DNA of 64,000 nucleotides from an uncultured Rhodospirillales bacterium (GTDB lineage Bacteria; Pseudomonadota; Alphaproteobacteria; UBA9219; RGZA01): NCBI GenBank assembly GCA_964568585.1, contig CAZMQI010000002.1, positions 9,237 to 73,236 of the forward strand, read 5' to 3'. Shown piece by piece: positions 1 to 12,323 of this stretch (position 1 is its first letter; each line of letters starts with the position of its first letter). The notes under the pieces were generated by a model. It saw only the letters and a program-made list of their open reading frames with translations, ran no database searches and was not told where the DNA came from. The position numbers and the translations under genes were made by a program.

Positions 1-146
1 AACCGCAAGCAGCGCCATCCCCGCAACTCGTCTATCAAAATCAACCGCGCCCTGCTTATGCCCAGCAACGTCCGCCGGAAGCAACACCTGATGCGCCGCA
101 TCCGCCACGACCCTTACATATCAACCGTATTGGCAGTCAGGCATAA
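1..146 (+). CDS. 3' end of a gene entering from upstream; Pro/Gln-rich C-terminal tail carrying the LHINR tail motif
   Basis: Phase-3 frame is open from the window edge to TAA at 144-146. It translates ...PQLVYQNQPRPAYAQQRPPEATPDAPHPPRPLHINRIGSQA*. LHINR (114-128) matches the tail motif of five other proteins in this window. The next gene starts 11 nt downstream. Confidence 0.5.
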   Translation, partial: PQAAPSPQLVYQNQPRPAYAQQRPPEATPDAPHPPRPLHINRIGSQA

Positions 147-157
147 TCGGATAAGTC

Positions 158-826
158 ATGGCACGCGAAGACGGATATTCAGAACTTAAGAGACAGCGGA
201 TGACGCCAGCTGCGTTCCTGCAAATGCGCCAATATGAACGCGAGACATCCACCACAGGCCACTGGTCTGGATTTATCATGCCATTACCGCGCGGAACATA
301 CCGCGTCGGTAATCGTGGATACGGTGTACACAACCATCCACGCGGTGGTCATGCACAAATGCACAACGGTCATGATATGCAAGCACCGGAAGGCACGCCC
401 ATTCTGGCACCCCAAGATGGCACCATCAGCGATGTCTTGCCCTATCATGGCAGCGCGGGAAATTTTTTGAAGATGAAAGGCCAAACGCATGGCTTTGGCT
501 TTATGCATTTATCGCGATTTGCTCCGGGCATTCGTGAAGGTACGCGCGTCAAGCAGGGACAAATCATCGGCTTTGTGGGATCGACCGGCGAAAGCTCAGG
601 GCCGCATTTGCATTATGAAGTCTATTCGCTGGCGAATGGCAAACCCATGGATCCAAAACCCGTAGCGATGAGCGGGTCGCGTACCATTACCACGGCAGAT
701 GCACGGTCAATCACCCAAGGACACATCACCACAGCAGCATTATTTGCACCGACACCTGCAACGCCAGCCGCGACAGCACCTGTACCAGCGCCGACAGCTG
801 CACTGCGTATCCACACACAGACTTAG
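158..826 (+). CDS. M23/LytM-family metallopeptidase without signal peptide, Pro/Ala-rich tail ending ALRIHTQT
   Basis: M23 zinc motifs are present: HxxxD (HNGHD) and HxH (SSGPHLHYEV). The N-terminus MAREDGYSELKRQR has no hydrophobic leader. The C-terminus is ...PTPATPAATAPVPAPTAALRIHTQT*, with the motif at 803-817. Confidence 0.8.
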   Translation: MAREDGYSELKRQRMTPAAFLQMRQYERETSTTGHWSGFIMPLPRGTYRVGNRGYGVHNHPRGGHAQMHNGHDMQAPEGTPILAPQDGTISDVLPYHGSAGNFLKMKGQTHGFGFMHLSRFAPGIREGTRVKQGQIIGFVGSTGESSGPHLHYEVYSLANGKPMDPKPVAMSGSRTITTADARSITQGHITTAALFAPTPATPAATAPVPAPTAALRIHTQT

Positions 827-837
827 GTATAAACGTA

Positions 838-4550
<3,713 letters not shown>

Positions 4551-4670
4551 GGAATAAAATCAGGCCGGGTGGGTAAAAACCGATATTTGGGACTTTTAAC
4601 TCGTTACAACATTCTCTATCTTAGCGCCACGTATCACTCTCTCACTATATCTTTGCCGGAGGCTTCCCTT

Positions 4671-5192
4671 ATGAAAAAAACACTCTCACTCGTTCTACTA
4701 TCAGCGCTTGCACTAAGCTTATCAGCTTGTGCGGATCTTGCTAGCAACAATGTTGATAAAGCTAGCGTATATTTTGAAACAGGCAAACACAGCCTGAGCG
4801 GACAATCCAAGGCAACCTTGGATGCTTTTGCTGCATCGCTCAAGAATGAAAAAATTGCTGGCGCAACCGTTACCGGTTTTGCTGATCGCCGTGGCAGCGA
4901 CAAAGCTAACGAAGCTTTATCCGCACGCCGCGCGAAAACCGTTGCATCTTATCTTTCTGCACAAGGCGTGACATCGATCCGCACTGCGGTTGTAAGCGCA
5001 GTGGGCGAAAGCCAACCAACAACCGAATGTGCTGAAACCGTAAAAGGCAGCGCAGCTAGCACATGCCTAAGCCCAGATCGCCGCGTTGATGTTGCAGTTG
5101 ATACATTGCCGTTGATCATCGAAAGCGGTTCAAACACTGCACGTAACCATTCAACCCTTCAAAACCGCCATAACTGGCAGATTAACAAGTAA
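4671..5192 (+). CDS. OmpA-family (OmpA_C-like) peptidoglycan-associated lipoprotein
   Basis: ORF 4521-5192 trimmed to the ATG at 4671, which is preceded by GGAGG at 4659-4663. Lipobox MKKTLSLVLLSALALSLSAC. OmpA_C signature TGFADRRGSDKANEALSARRAKTVASYL. Confidence 0.8.
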   Translation: MKKTLSLVLLSALALSLSACADLASNNVDKASVYFETGKHSLSGQSKATLDAFAASLKNEKIAGATVTGFADRRGSDKANEALSARRAKTVASYLSAQGVTSIRTAVVSAVGESQPTTECAETVKGSAASTCLSPDRRVDVAVDTLPLIIESGSNTARNHSTLQNRHNWQINK

Positions 5193-5227
5193 GGTTTCTT
5201 ACTTGTAAGGCTTGAATAAGACTTACG

Positions 5228-5270
5228 AAAAAGGCGGCCCAGGGAATAAAATCCCCAGCCGCCTTTTTTT
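5228..5270 (+). terminator. Rho-independent terminator after the OmpA-like gene
   Basis: AAAAAGGCGGC (5228-5238) pairs with GCCGCCTTTTT (5258-5268), and the T-run ends at 5270. It lies 36 nt after the stop codon. Confidence 0.7.
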
Positions 5271-5374
5271 GTGTCTGGTGCTTAAAAAACTGATGCGTTT
5301 GGACAGACTTGCACCCACATCAAACACGCACATCGAACACGTTGTTTGCTAGGTGGCAGCCAAGCAACGCTCCT

Positions 5375-7381
5375 TTATTCAACCTTCCATAACGACCTAT
5401 CTTCCCACGCCTTAATCAGAGTCATACCCTTAGTATCGAACCTGCTGGTGCCAACCCAAAGAAAATAAAGTGCACGGTGTGGCCCGACATCCTGTTTTAC
5501 TCTAGCTCTGTCAGCGGGCTGTGAAAGATTATTGTCAATAATCCAAAGGCGTGAAGCAACCAGCGGATCAATGCTGGTTCTGGTAGCATAGACCGTAAGA
5601 ATGTAACGGGACCCATAAAGCTGAATGCCTGGTACGGCTGCCGCAAAGGTGCGATCATCCAGCGCTTCGATTTTTCCGCCCGTGACCAGCACATCTCCCG
5701 CCGTGATGGTGTTGGCAAGCGTCTGCGCTACAACATCGTTGTGTTGATCATGAAATTCCGGCTGAGGCATCGGAAACTGGGTTGATACAAGTTTTGGGAA
5801 AAACCCAACGGAAAATTCTGTTACTTGGACAGCAAAGATAAGGCATGTTGCCAAAAGACCTATCTTGGTAATTGTAGAGGCATGCTGTCGCGCGAGCCAC
5901 AAAGCATACAAACCGGCTGCACCTATCAACGCAATTGCAATATCTGCATACCAATAAAATGTCCATATCTCTTGGGGAACAGTTGTTTCAATCAATACAA
6001 GCAAACCAATGCCCGCGACCACAACCCCAGTAAGTATAACCCGCAGATCCCGATTAATTGCAGGACTCACAAAGGCAAATAATACACCCGGTAAAAGAAA
6101 CGTCATTCGCCCACAAATGGCCACGACCAGATAGACGAGACTAGCGACCCAGTTCGGAGCTCCCATTGCCAGCAAGCTTTGTACGATGGGCGCGTATTTA
6201 TCTTCCGCCCATTCCGAGACGGGGATATTTAACGGGTTGAACATAATCAGATTGGTGCCATCTGAAACACCAGATCCTACCCCAAGGAAGAACACGGCGC
6301 TGAAGACTATCCCTCCAACGATTGTGGCTAGCAGCACGGCATACTCACCAATTTTTTTGCGATCCAGATCAACCATCTTTGACAGCATCAGCAGTCCAAC
6401 ACCAGCCGCCAACATAGGCAGCATATTTACCCGCGTTCCGCTGCCAACCAAAATTAGACCAACGATCAGCCAATAGTGAATTCGCTCCCGCTTGCTCGCG
6501 AGGATTTCATCCATGAGCATAATAAATAATTGAAATGCGATGATTGTAGATGCAACCCGATACATGATTTGGGCGGTCGCAAAGTGAAAATCCTTCCACA
6601 TGATTTCGGAATAGCCAAAGGTCAACAGCAATGCCGTTGCCGCAACAATACCAAGCCATCCAGCCTTTAGCCGTGCTTCCGCAAACGCATATAATACAAG
6701 GATCAACACAAAGGCGTGAAAAACCATCGCGAGGCGAGCGGCAACGAAAATAAGTGGAATGCCCGCCGTATTCGCAGCCAGTCCAACATGTACATTATAT
6801 AAGTAATGGTAGTGCAATGGCACATCCATCAAGAACGGTTCAACAGGTGGCCAGCTTAAATTAACTGCATTGGCAAATGCCGCGACCCACGTGTAGTGAT
6901 GATCGATGATTGTGCTGAAGTCGGATAGTGAAGCGGAAAAAACCAGAAATACAGCAACCAACGTGCAAGCGAAAAGGATGATGCCACGACTGTGCTCAGC
7001 AAGGTGAATGCACTCGGTGATACGTTTTTTGTATATCCAAAATACGGATATATAAAGGAGGGGAAGAAATTGATATACCTGCTGAACACCTGCAATCGTA
7101 ACGATCAGGCCGACCGCCATCTCAAACGCTTGCCCAATAATAATCGACTTCGCTGCAAACATAGCAGGTGTAGAAGCGCGTCTGGAAGCAGATGCCAATA
7201 ACGCTGTGCCGGGCACAATCACAAACAATGCCATATACGTCGCGTACGATATAGCTGCGGTTACAGGCGTTCCAAAAAGTGACGTGATGCCAATAGTGGC
7301 AATGATTAAAACGGTCCAGATAACCAGCACCTGAAAAAATGCAGTTCTGGGGAGTGGCATCTTCCAATCCTGAATAATCAT
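5375..7381 (-). CDS. Large polytopic inner-membrane protein with a soluble C-terminal domain (possibly a GT-C-type glycosyltransferase or polymerase; function not established)
   Basis: 668 aa. The first ~530 aa are almost continuous hydrophobic helices (at least 12 by eye). The last ~130 aa are hydrophilic. No catalytic motif recognised. Confidence 0.55.
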   Translation of the reverse strand: MIIQDWKMPLPRTAFFQVLVIWTVLIIATIGITSLFGTPVTAAISYATYMALFVIVPGTALLASASRRASTPAMFAAKSIIIGQAFEMAVGLIVTIAGVQQVYQFLPLLYISVFWIYKKRITECIHLAEHSRGIILFACTLVAVFLVFSASLSDFSTIIDHHYTWVAAFANAVNLSWPPVEPFLMDVPLHYHYLYNVHVGLAANTAGIPLIFVAARLAMVFHAFVLILVLYAFAEARLKAGWLGIVAATALLLTFGYSEIMWKDFHFATAQIMYRVASTIIAFQLFIMLMDEILASKRERIHYWLIVGLILVGSGTRVNMLPMLAAGVGLLMLSKMVDLDRKKIGEYAVLLATIVGGIVFSAVFFLGVGSGVSDGTNLIMFNPLNIPVSEWAEDKYAPIVQSLLAMGAPNWVASLVYLVVAICGRMTFLLPGVLFAFVSPAINRDLRVILTGVVVAGIGLLVLIETTVPQEIWTFYWYADIAIALIGAAGLYALWLARQHASTITKIGLLATCLIFAVQVTEFSVGFFPKLVSTQFPMPQPEFHDQHNDVVAQTLANTITAGDVLVTGGKIEALDDRTFAAAVPGIQLYGSRYILTVYATRTSIDPLVASRLWIIDNNLSQPADRARVKQDVGPHRALYFLWVGTSRFDTKGMTLIKAWEDRSLWKVE

Positions 7382-7548
7382 TCCGTGTTTTTCATGCTAG
7401 ATAATCCACGCCCAAAACATGCGTTTTAATTCCCAGCAATATGCCGCGATATATTTCGCATCAGTGGATAATCGATTTAAGCGCCGAGATTGAAATACAA
7501 TTCAGTATAAATCAATTCATAATTTGGCTAAACGCGCTTAACACTAAT

Positions 7549-7635
7549 TGGTGCCCCGGGAGGGACTTGAACCCCCACATCCTTTCGAATAGTAGATTTT
7601 GAGTCTACCGCGTCTACCGATTCCACCACCGGGGC
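7549..7635 (-). tRNA. tRNA-Leu (anticodon CAA), 87 nt including encoded CCA
   Basis: The reverse complement reads GCCCCGG..GTAGA-CTCAAAA-TCTAC..long variable arm..GGGGGTTCAAGTCCCTCCCGGGGCACCA. It has a 7-bp acceptor stem, the anticodon loop CT-CAA-AA, a T-loop TTCAAGT and a type II variable arm. Confidence 0.9.
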
Positions 7636-7737
7636 TGACGACCTTAAAACAGCGCAATCGAGGCCTTGAGCCTGTGCGATTGCAAGGGCAAGGGATTACG
7701 GGTTAGCGTTACGTTTTTCAAGTGAAAAAAGCGCGGA

Positions 7738-8256
7738 CTACTTAAGTGACTTTAAATACGCAATCAAATCAGCGCGGTCTTGGGTCTTTGCAATGCCTGC
7801 AAAGGCCATTTTATTGGCGGGCGCGTAAGCTTTGGGGTTGAAGAGCCATTTGTTAAGCTCGGCTTCTGTCCACTTGCCTTTAAGTGCTTTAAGCGCTTCG
7901 GAATAGGCAAAGCCTTCATGCCCAGCCTGAGGGTAACCAACAATACCAAACAACCCTGGACCTACACGGTTAGGGCCGCCCTTATCGAATGTGTGGCATG
8001 CGGCGCACGCACGCGATAATTTCTGGCCGTTTTCTACATTGGCTGTAGCCATTAACCCATCAATCGGTTCGGCTTCTTTTGGTTTTTCTGCTGCTGCTTG
8101 GCCACCGCTATGCTCGGCAACCGCTACAGCATAACCTTTTTCTTTTGGGTTATGCTCTTCAACAAGTTTGCGGGAGACAAATCCAGAAAGGCTTGCAACG
8201 AGAACAGCCATTAAAAGTCCGGCGAATAGTTTATTAAAATCAAAGCCTTTATGCAT
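7738..8256 (-). CDS. Membrane-anchored class I (mitochondrial-type) cytochrome c
   Basis: N-terminal TM helix LFAGLLMAVLVASLSGFV, an Ala/Glu-rich linker, haem site CAACHTF, a Met-ligand region PANKMAFAGI and the C-terminus RADLIAYLKSLK. Confidence 0.85.
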   Translation of the reverse strand: MHKGFDFNKLFAGLLMAVLVASLSGFVSRKLVEEHNPKEKGYAVAVAEHSGGQAAAEKPKEAEPIDGLMATANVENGQKLSRACAACHTFDKGGPNRVGPGLFGIVGYPQAGHEGFAYSEALKALKGKWTEAELNKWLFNPKAYAPANKMAFAGIAKTQDRADLIAYLKSLK

Positions 8257-8423
8257 TTGGTATCCGTATGATTTCGTAAGCGAATGGGGCGGTTGGGTGT
8301 GCCAATGGTATAAGAAAAACGGGGCGCTTTGTCATGCGTTGTATTGTCGCTAGGGGCGCAGTTTTTACTAACTGTGGCTGTTCTGCTTGACCATAACTTA
8401 AATCTAAGGCAAATCAATAGGTT

Positions 8424-9185
8424 ATGAGCGGCACGTTAAAAAACCTTTCGAATCCTATTCTATTGATACCTGCGCGTATGCAGGCTGCACGCTTGCCCGG
8501 CAAGCCGCTTGCCGATATTGCGGGCTCTCCAATGATTGTACATGTCTGGAAGCGCGCGAGTGAAGTGCGCCTTGGCCGGGTGGTAGTTGCTGCAGCTGAG
8601 CAGGAAATCGTCGATGCGATTAAGGCAGCGGGTGGCGAAGCGGTGCTAACCGATGCGGATCTTGCCACAGGCTCCGACCGGATTTATCAGGCATTAGGTA
8701 AACTCGACCCTGAACAAAAGCACGATGCGATTATCAATGTGCAGGGCGATGTGCCAACTTTGGAATCCAAATACATCCGTACAGCATACGAAACATTACA
8801 AAATTCAAACGCCGACATCGCAACGCTCATCACGCCGATTACAAACGAAGCCGACATCGCCGCTTCACAAATCGTGAAGGCCGTCGTGGAATTACCCGAA
8901 GGGAAAACAACAGGCAGAGCTCATTATTTCACGCGTGTGCCAGCCCCGTGGGGCAATGGGCCGTATTATTGTCATGTGGGGCTATACGCGTATCGCCGCG
9001 ATGCATTGGAACGTTTTGTCAAAGCACCGCGCAGCACACTGGAAAAGCGCGAAGGACTGGAACAATTGCGCGCCTTAGCGATTGGCTTGCGTATTGATGC
9101 AACGATTATCGATACGTTGCCGCTGGGCGTTGACACGCCGGAGGATTTGGAAAAAGCACGCCGCGTGCTAGGTGGGGAAACATGA
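8424..9185 (+). CDS. kdsB: 3-deoxy-manno-octulosonate cytidylyltransferase (CMP-KDO synthetase)
   Basis: IPARMQAARLPGKPLADIAGSPMIVHV, NVQGDVP and EQLRAL motifs. 253 aa. Confidence 0.9.
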   Translation: MSGTLKNLSNPILLIPARMQAARLPGKPLADIAGSPMIVHVWKRASEVRLGRVVVAAAEQEIVDAIKAAGGEAVLTDADLATGSDRIYQALGKLDPEQKHDAIINVQGDVPTLESKYIRTAYETLQNSNADIATLITPITNEADIAASQIVKAVVELPEGKTTGRAHYFTRVPAPWGNGPYYCHVGLYAYRRDALERFVKAPRSTLEKREGLEQLRALAIGLRIDATIIDTLPLGVDTPEDLEKARRVLGGET

Positions 9186-10024
9186 GCGACAAGAAAATAA
9201 TAGCCTTCCAAGGACGCCCGGGTGCCTATTCCGATTTGGCATGCCATGCGGTATTCCCTGATTGGCAAACCCTTCCCTGCAATTCATTCGAAGACGCTTT
9301 CGCAGCCGTGCATGATAGCAAGGCGACATATTTCATGATGCCATTCGAGAATTCAACAGCGGGACGCGTTGCCGACATCCATCACATCCTGCCAAATGGC
9401 GGATTACACATCATCACCGAACATTATCAACCGGTGGAGCATCATTTACTGGGTCTGCCCGGTGCGAAGCTTGCCGATATCAAAATCGCGCACAGCCATA
9501 TTCAGGCGCTAAGCCAATGCAAGGAATTCCTACGTAGGAATAGCATCAAGCCGGTGATGAAAGAAGACACGGCGGGTTCAGCCGCGGATTTGAAGCTGAT
9601 TGGCGATAAAAGCATTGCTGCCATCGCGTCAAGCCTTGCTGGGAAAATCTATGGATTGGACAGTCTGGCGGGGAATATCGCCGATCAGGCGGGAAATACG
9701 ACACGCTTTTTGGTCATGGCGCGTGAACCGGTTGTGCCAGCATTAGGAACGGCTGAATGCGTGACATCGTTCGTCTTCCGTCTGCGTTCAGTTCCTGCGG
9801 CATTATATAAAGCCTTGGGCGGTTTCGCATCGAACGGAGTGAACATCACCAAAATCGAAAGCTATATGGTGGACAATAAATTCACCGCTGCACAATTCTA
9901 TGCCGATGTGGAAGGCCACCGCGAGGATAACAAGTTGAAATTAGCGTTCGAGGAATTGAACTTCTTTGCAGAAGAAGTGAAGATACTTGGTGTATATCCA
10001 GCGCATCCATTTCGTAAAACGTAA
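9182..10024 (+). CDS. pheA: Prephenate dehydratase
   Basis: PDT domain start IAFQGRPGAYSDLA, the TRF motif (GNTTRFLVM) and a C-terminal ACT domain (TSFVFRLRSVPAALYKALGGFASNGVNITKIESY). It overlaps the kdsB stop by 4 nt. Confidence 0.9.
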   Translation: MSDKKIIAFQGRPGAYSDLACHAVFPDWQTLPCNSFEDAFAAVHDSKATYFMMPFENSTAGRVADIHHILPNGGLHIITEHYQPVEHHLLGLPGAKLADIKIAHSHIQALSQCKEFLRRNSIKPVMKEDTAGSAADLKLIGDKSIAAIASSLAGKIYGLDSLAGNIADQAGNTTRFLVMAREPVVPALGTAECVTSFVFRLRSVPAALYKALGGFASNGVNITKIESYMVDNKFTAAQFYADVEGHREDNKLKLAFEELNFFAEEVKILGVYPAHPFRKT

Positions 10025-10026
10025 GA

Positions 10027-10428
10027 TTATTTTTTGCGCCATTTGTCAAAACTTCTGGCACCTGCATATCCCAAATAACCCATCCCGAAAAGATTATATA
10101 GATCTTGTGGTAATGCGCGCAGCAACGCGTTGATATTGGTCGCGGCTTGCTGTGTTTGTATGGGATACCAGATGCCGATGATACCACCGATAAAACATAA
10201 AACAATCACAGCGTACATAACGTAAAGAAAACTGGGACGCGCTCTACTCGTCCATTTATCTGCGCTTCCGCCTTCCGCTATAATTGCTGACAGGCTTGCT
10301 TGCATTTCGCTCAACGCCTGCTGGTTTTCCGATTTCATCAATTCCAGCTTGGCAGCAGCACGCGCAGGTTCATCAGGAATTATCCGGTCAATGAGCTTAA
10401 ATATGAACGGGATAATGACTTCAAACAT
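10027..10428 (-). CDS. 3TM GTA-type holin (Holin of 3TMs family)
   Basis: Last gene of the GTA-linked lysis cassette. It has an N-terminal amphipathic segment, then GGSADKWTSRARPSFLYVMYAVIVLCFIGGIIGIW, and ends in a basic tail. Its start overlaps the endolysin stop by 1 nt (TAATG). Confidence 0.7.
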   Translation of the reverse strand: MFEVIIPFIFKLIDRIIPDEPARAAAKLELMKSENQQALSEMQASLSAIIAEGGSADKWTSRARPSFLYVMYAVIVLCFIGGIIGIWYPIQTQQAATNINALLRALPQDLYNLFGMGYLGYAGARSFDKWRKK

Positions 10429-10874
10429 TATGCGTCCTTTCTATTCCATAATTCTGCTTCTGCTCTGCGGCGTGCTACCAAGCCTGGCAGTTCGCTACCA
10501 TTGGCATGTGTCCAACGCATCATCTGTGCCGGAACCTGCGCGTACCACTTACGATTCAATAAATTCAATAATGTGGAATTCAAAAACGCCTGTGTTCCTA
10601 CGTTGAATGAAAAACACACCAGCGCTGCAAATTGATTATCGGTCAGCGGCACGCGCACAGTTTGTTCAACAACAGTCTCAAAACGCATCACATCGCGCGC
10701 CAATAACCGTTCGGCCTCTTCTCTGGTGATACGCTGCAACGGTCTCACATCACCTGTATGACCATACCCGATGGTCAATATACCACCGGGGCATAAATAA
10801 GCCTGCAACCGCAAGCCTTCATGCTGCTTAAGTAACGCCAAGCCAGCATCATTTAATTTGAATGTGCCCATCAT
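10428..10874 (-). CDS. GH24 phage-type lysozyme (endolysin)
   Basis: LLKQHEGLRLQAYLCPGGILTIGYGHTG is the catalytic Glu context of T4/P22-type lysozymes. FAALVCFSFNVG is also present. 148 aa. Confidence 0.9.
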   Translation of the reverse strand: MMGTFKLNDAGLALLKQHEGLRLQAYLCPGGILTIGYGHTGDVRPLQRITREEAERLLARDVMRFETVVEQTVRVPLTDNQFAALVCFSFNVGTQAFLNSTLLNLLNRKWYAQVPAQMMRWTHANGSELPGLVARRRAEAELWNRKDA

Positions 10875-11143
10875 TTTTTGCGGATATATGCATCAACACG
10901 TTGCAATAATTCCAATTGTGCATCGCTGCGGGCTTCAAGCCGCGTCAAGCGTTCAAGGATATGGTCTTGCCGTTCGCTATCGTTTGCGCGTCGTGTTTCT
11001 AATTCGTGCAAACGCACATCACGAAAATTATCTTGCGCCTGCATCAAGGATGCCCACCATACCACCGCGCCCAATTGCAATAGCACGGTGAACATCAAGG
11101 CCAACGGAATACGCCGCTCGATAATAAAACGATTGGATTGCAT
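10871..11143 (-). CDS. Small type II membrane protein with a coiled-coil ectodomain (i-spanin-like or holin accessory; function inferred only)
   Basis: 90 aa. A single TM helix IPLALMFTVLLQLGAVVWWASL is followed by a heptad-like Arg/Glu/Leu-rich helix. ATGA overlap with the endolysin start. Confidence 0.5.
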   Translation of the reverse strand: MQSNRFIIERRIPLALMFTVLLQLGAVVWWASLMQAQDNFRDVRLHELETRRANDSERQDHILERLTRLEARSDAQLELLQRVDAYIRKK

Positions 11144-11152
11144 GGAATGCTC

Positions 11153-12301
11153 TTAAGTAAGCGTGACGGTTTTCCATGCACCATTGTATATGCACAGCTT
11201 GTTATTGGTGCTGTCGAACACGATGGGCACACGGCCAGAATAAGATGTTGGCGTGCCCGTAGGTGTTCCAGCACATGTCGGAATATATAAAAACCCGTTG
11301 GTCGCCGTAGTTGCCACCGCGCCCGTGTTAATCACCACATTGCTGGAACTATCGATCTTCATCGCCTGCGTCAGCGTGCCAGAAACACCAGTATAAAAAA
11401 TCAGTGAACCCGTTTTCACGCTATGGCTTTCATTTACCCCGTCGATTTGGGCAACCGCAACACCAGCCGTGTTTTCAAACTGCAGTACGCTGGCATTATT
11501 CGCAGTATTGGAAAGGTTACGGATTTTAACCGTCGGGTCTGGGTTTGGCGTTGCAACCGTTGCCGAGCTATTTGAAAATCGGAATGGTGAACTACCTTTG
11601 GTGATAAATATTATGGGCGTATTAGTATCCGACGAGATTGCCTGAAGTTGAACCGCCCCACCTGTTGAATTGCCGGTGATTTTGAGTCCGGTCACTTGTG
11701 AAGCAACCGAAGCGTCAACTTGAAGTGCAGGATTAGTCGTGCCATTCAGTCCAACCGCGAATGCATATGCACTATTGCTTGTTACTGTATGATTGGCTGT
11801 TGCCAGTGTCCCCACAACATTTGTTGTGCCACCGGCATCGATGCTTAAGCGTTGCGTGCCGCCTGTTGCAATCGCAACCTGATTTGCGCCGGGGCTGTAT
11901 ATGCCCGTATCGCTATCGCCGATGAAGCTGTAGGGCGGTGCGGCAGCACTGCCCAACGGCGCGAGTGCCTTATATACATTCCAAGCACTACCATCATACA
12001 GATAAAAGACCCCTTCCGCCTGCACATATGCAAACCATCCGGTCTTAGGTGTTTTGATGCGCCAGCCTGAATAATAGGATGCGATGGCATTCGCGTTTCC
12101 TGCCCATGCGCCTGTCGGACTTGCCGCAATGATATAACTATCGCCTTCGGCAGGTGATGTGGGCGGTGTCGCTGTCGTCTTATTGATGACCGACATCTGC
12201 GCGATACTGTCCATATCATTCAGTGCGTCATTATGCGTGACTTCCTTTTGCGCTTGTCCGGCAACCAGATATGGCATGCCAAGCCGTGGTGTATTCGCCA
12301 T
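11153..12301 (-). CDS. DUF2793-type GTA/phage tail fibre protein
   Basis: ORF trimmed to the ATG at 12299-12301 (GGAGAA RBS upstream). The N-terminus MANTPRLGMPYLVAGQAQKEVTHNDALNDMD is the DUF2793 signature that follows g15 in many alphaproteobacterial GTA clusters. The body is rich in Gly/Thr/Ser/Ala. Confidence 0.7.
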   Translation of the reverse strand: MANTPRLGMPYLVAGQAQKEVTHNDALNDMDSIAQMSVINKTTATPPTSPAEGDSYIIAASPTGAWAGNANAIASYYSGWRIKTPKTGWFAYVQAEGVFYLYDGSAWNVYKALAPLGSAAAPPYSFIGDSDTGIYSPGANQVAIATGGTQRLSIDAGGTTNVVGTLATANHTVTSNSAYAFAVGLNGTTNPALQVDASVASQVTGLKITGNSTGGAVQLQAISSDTNTPIIFITKGSSPFRFSNSSATVATPNPDPTVKIRNLSNTANNASVLQFENTAGVAVAQIDGVNESHSVKTGSLIFYTGVSGTLTQAMKIDSSSNVVINTGAVATTATNGFLYIPTCAGTPTGTPTSYSGRVPIVFDSTNNKLCIYNGAWKTVTLT

Positions 12302-12323
12302 GGTGTTCTCCGTGTTGTAAATT

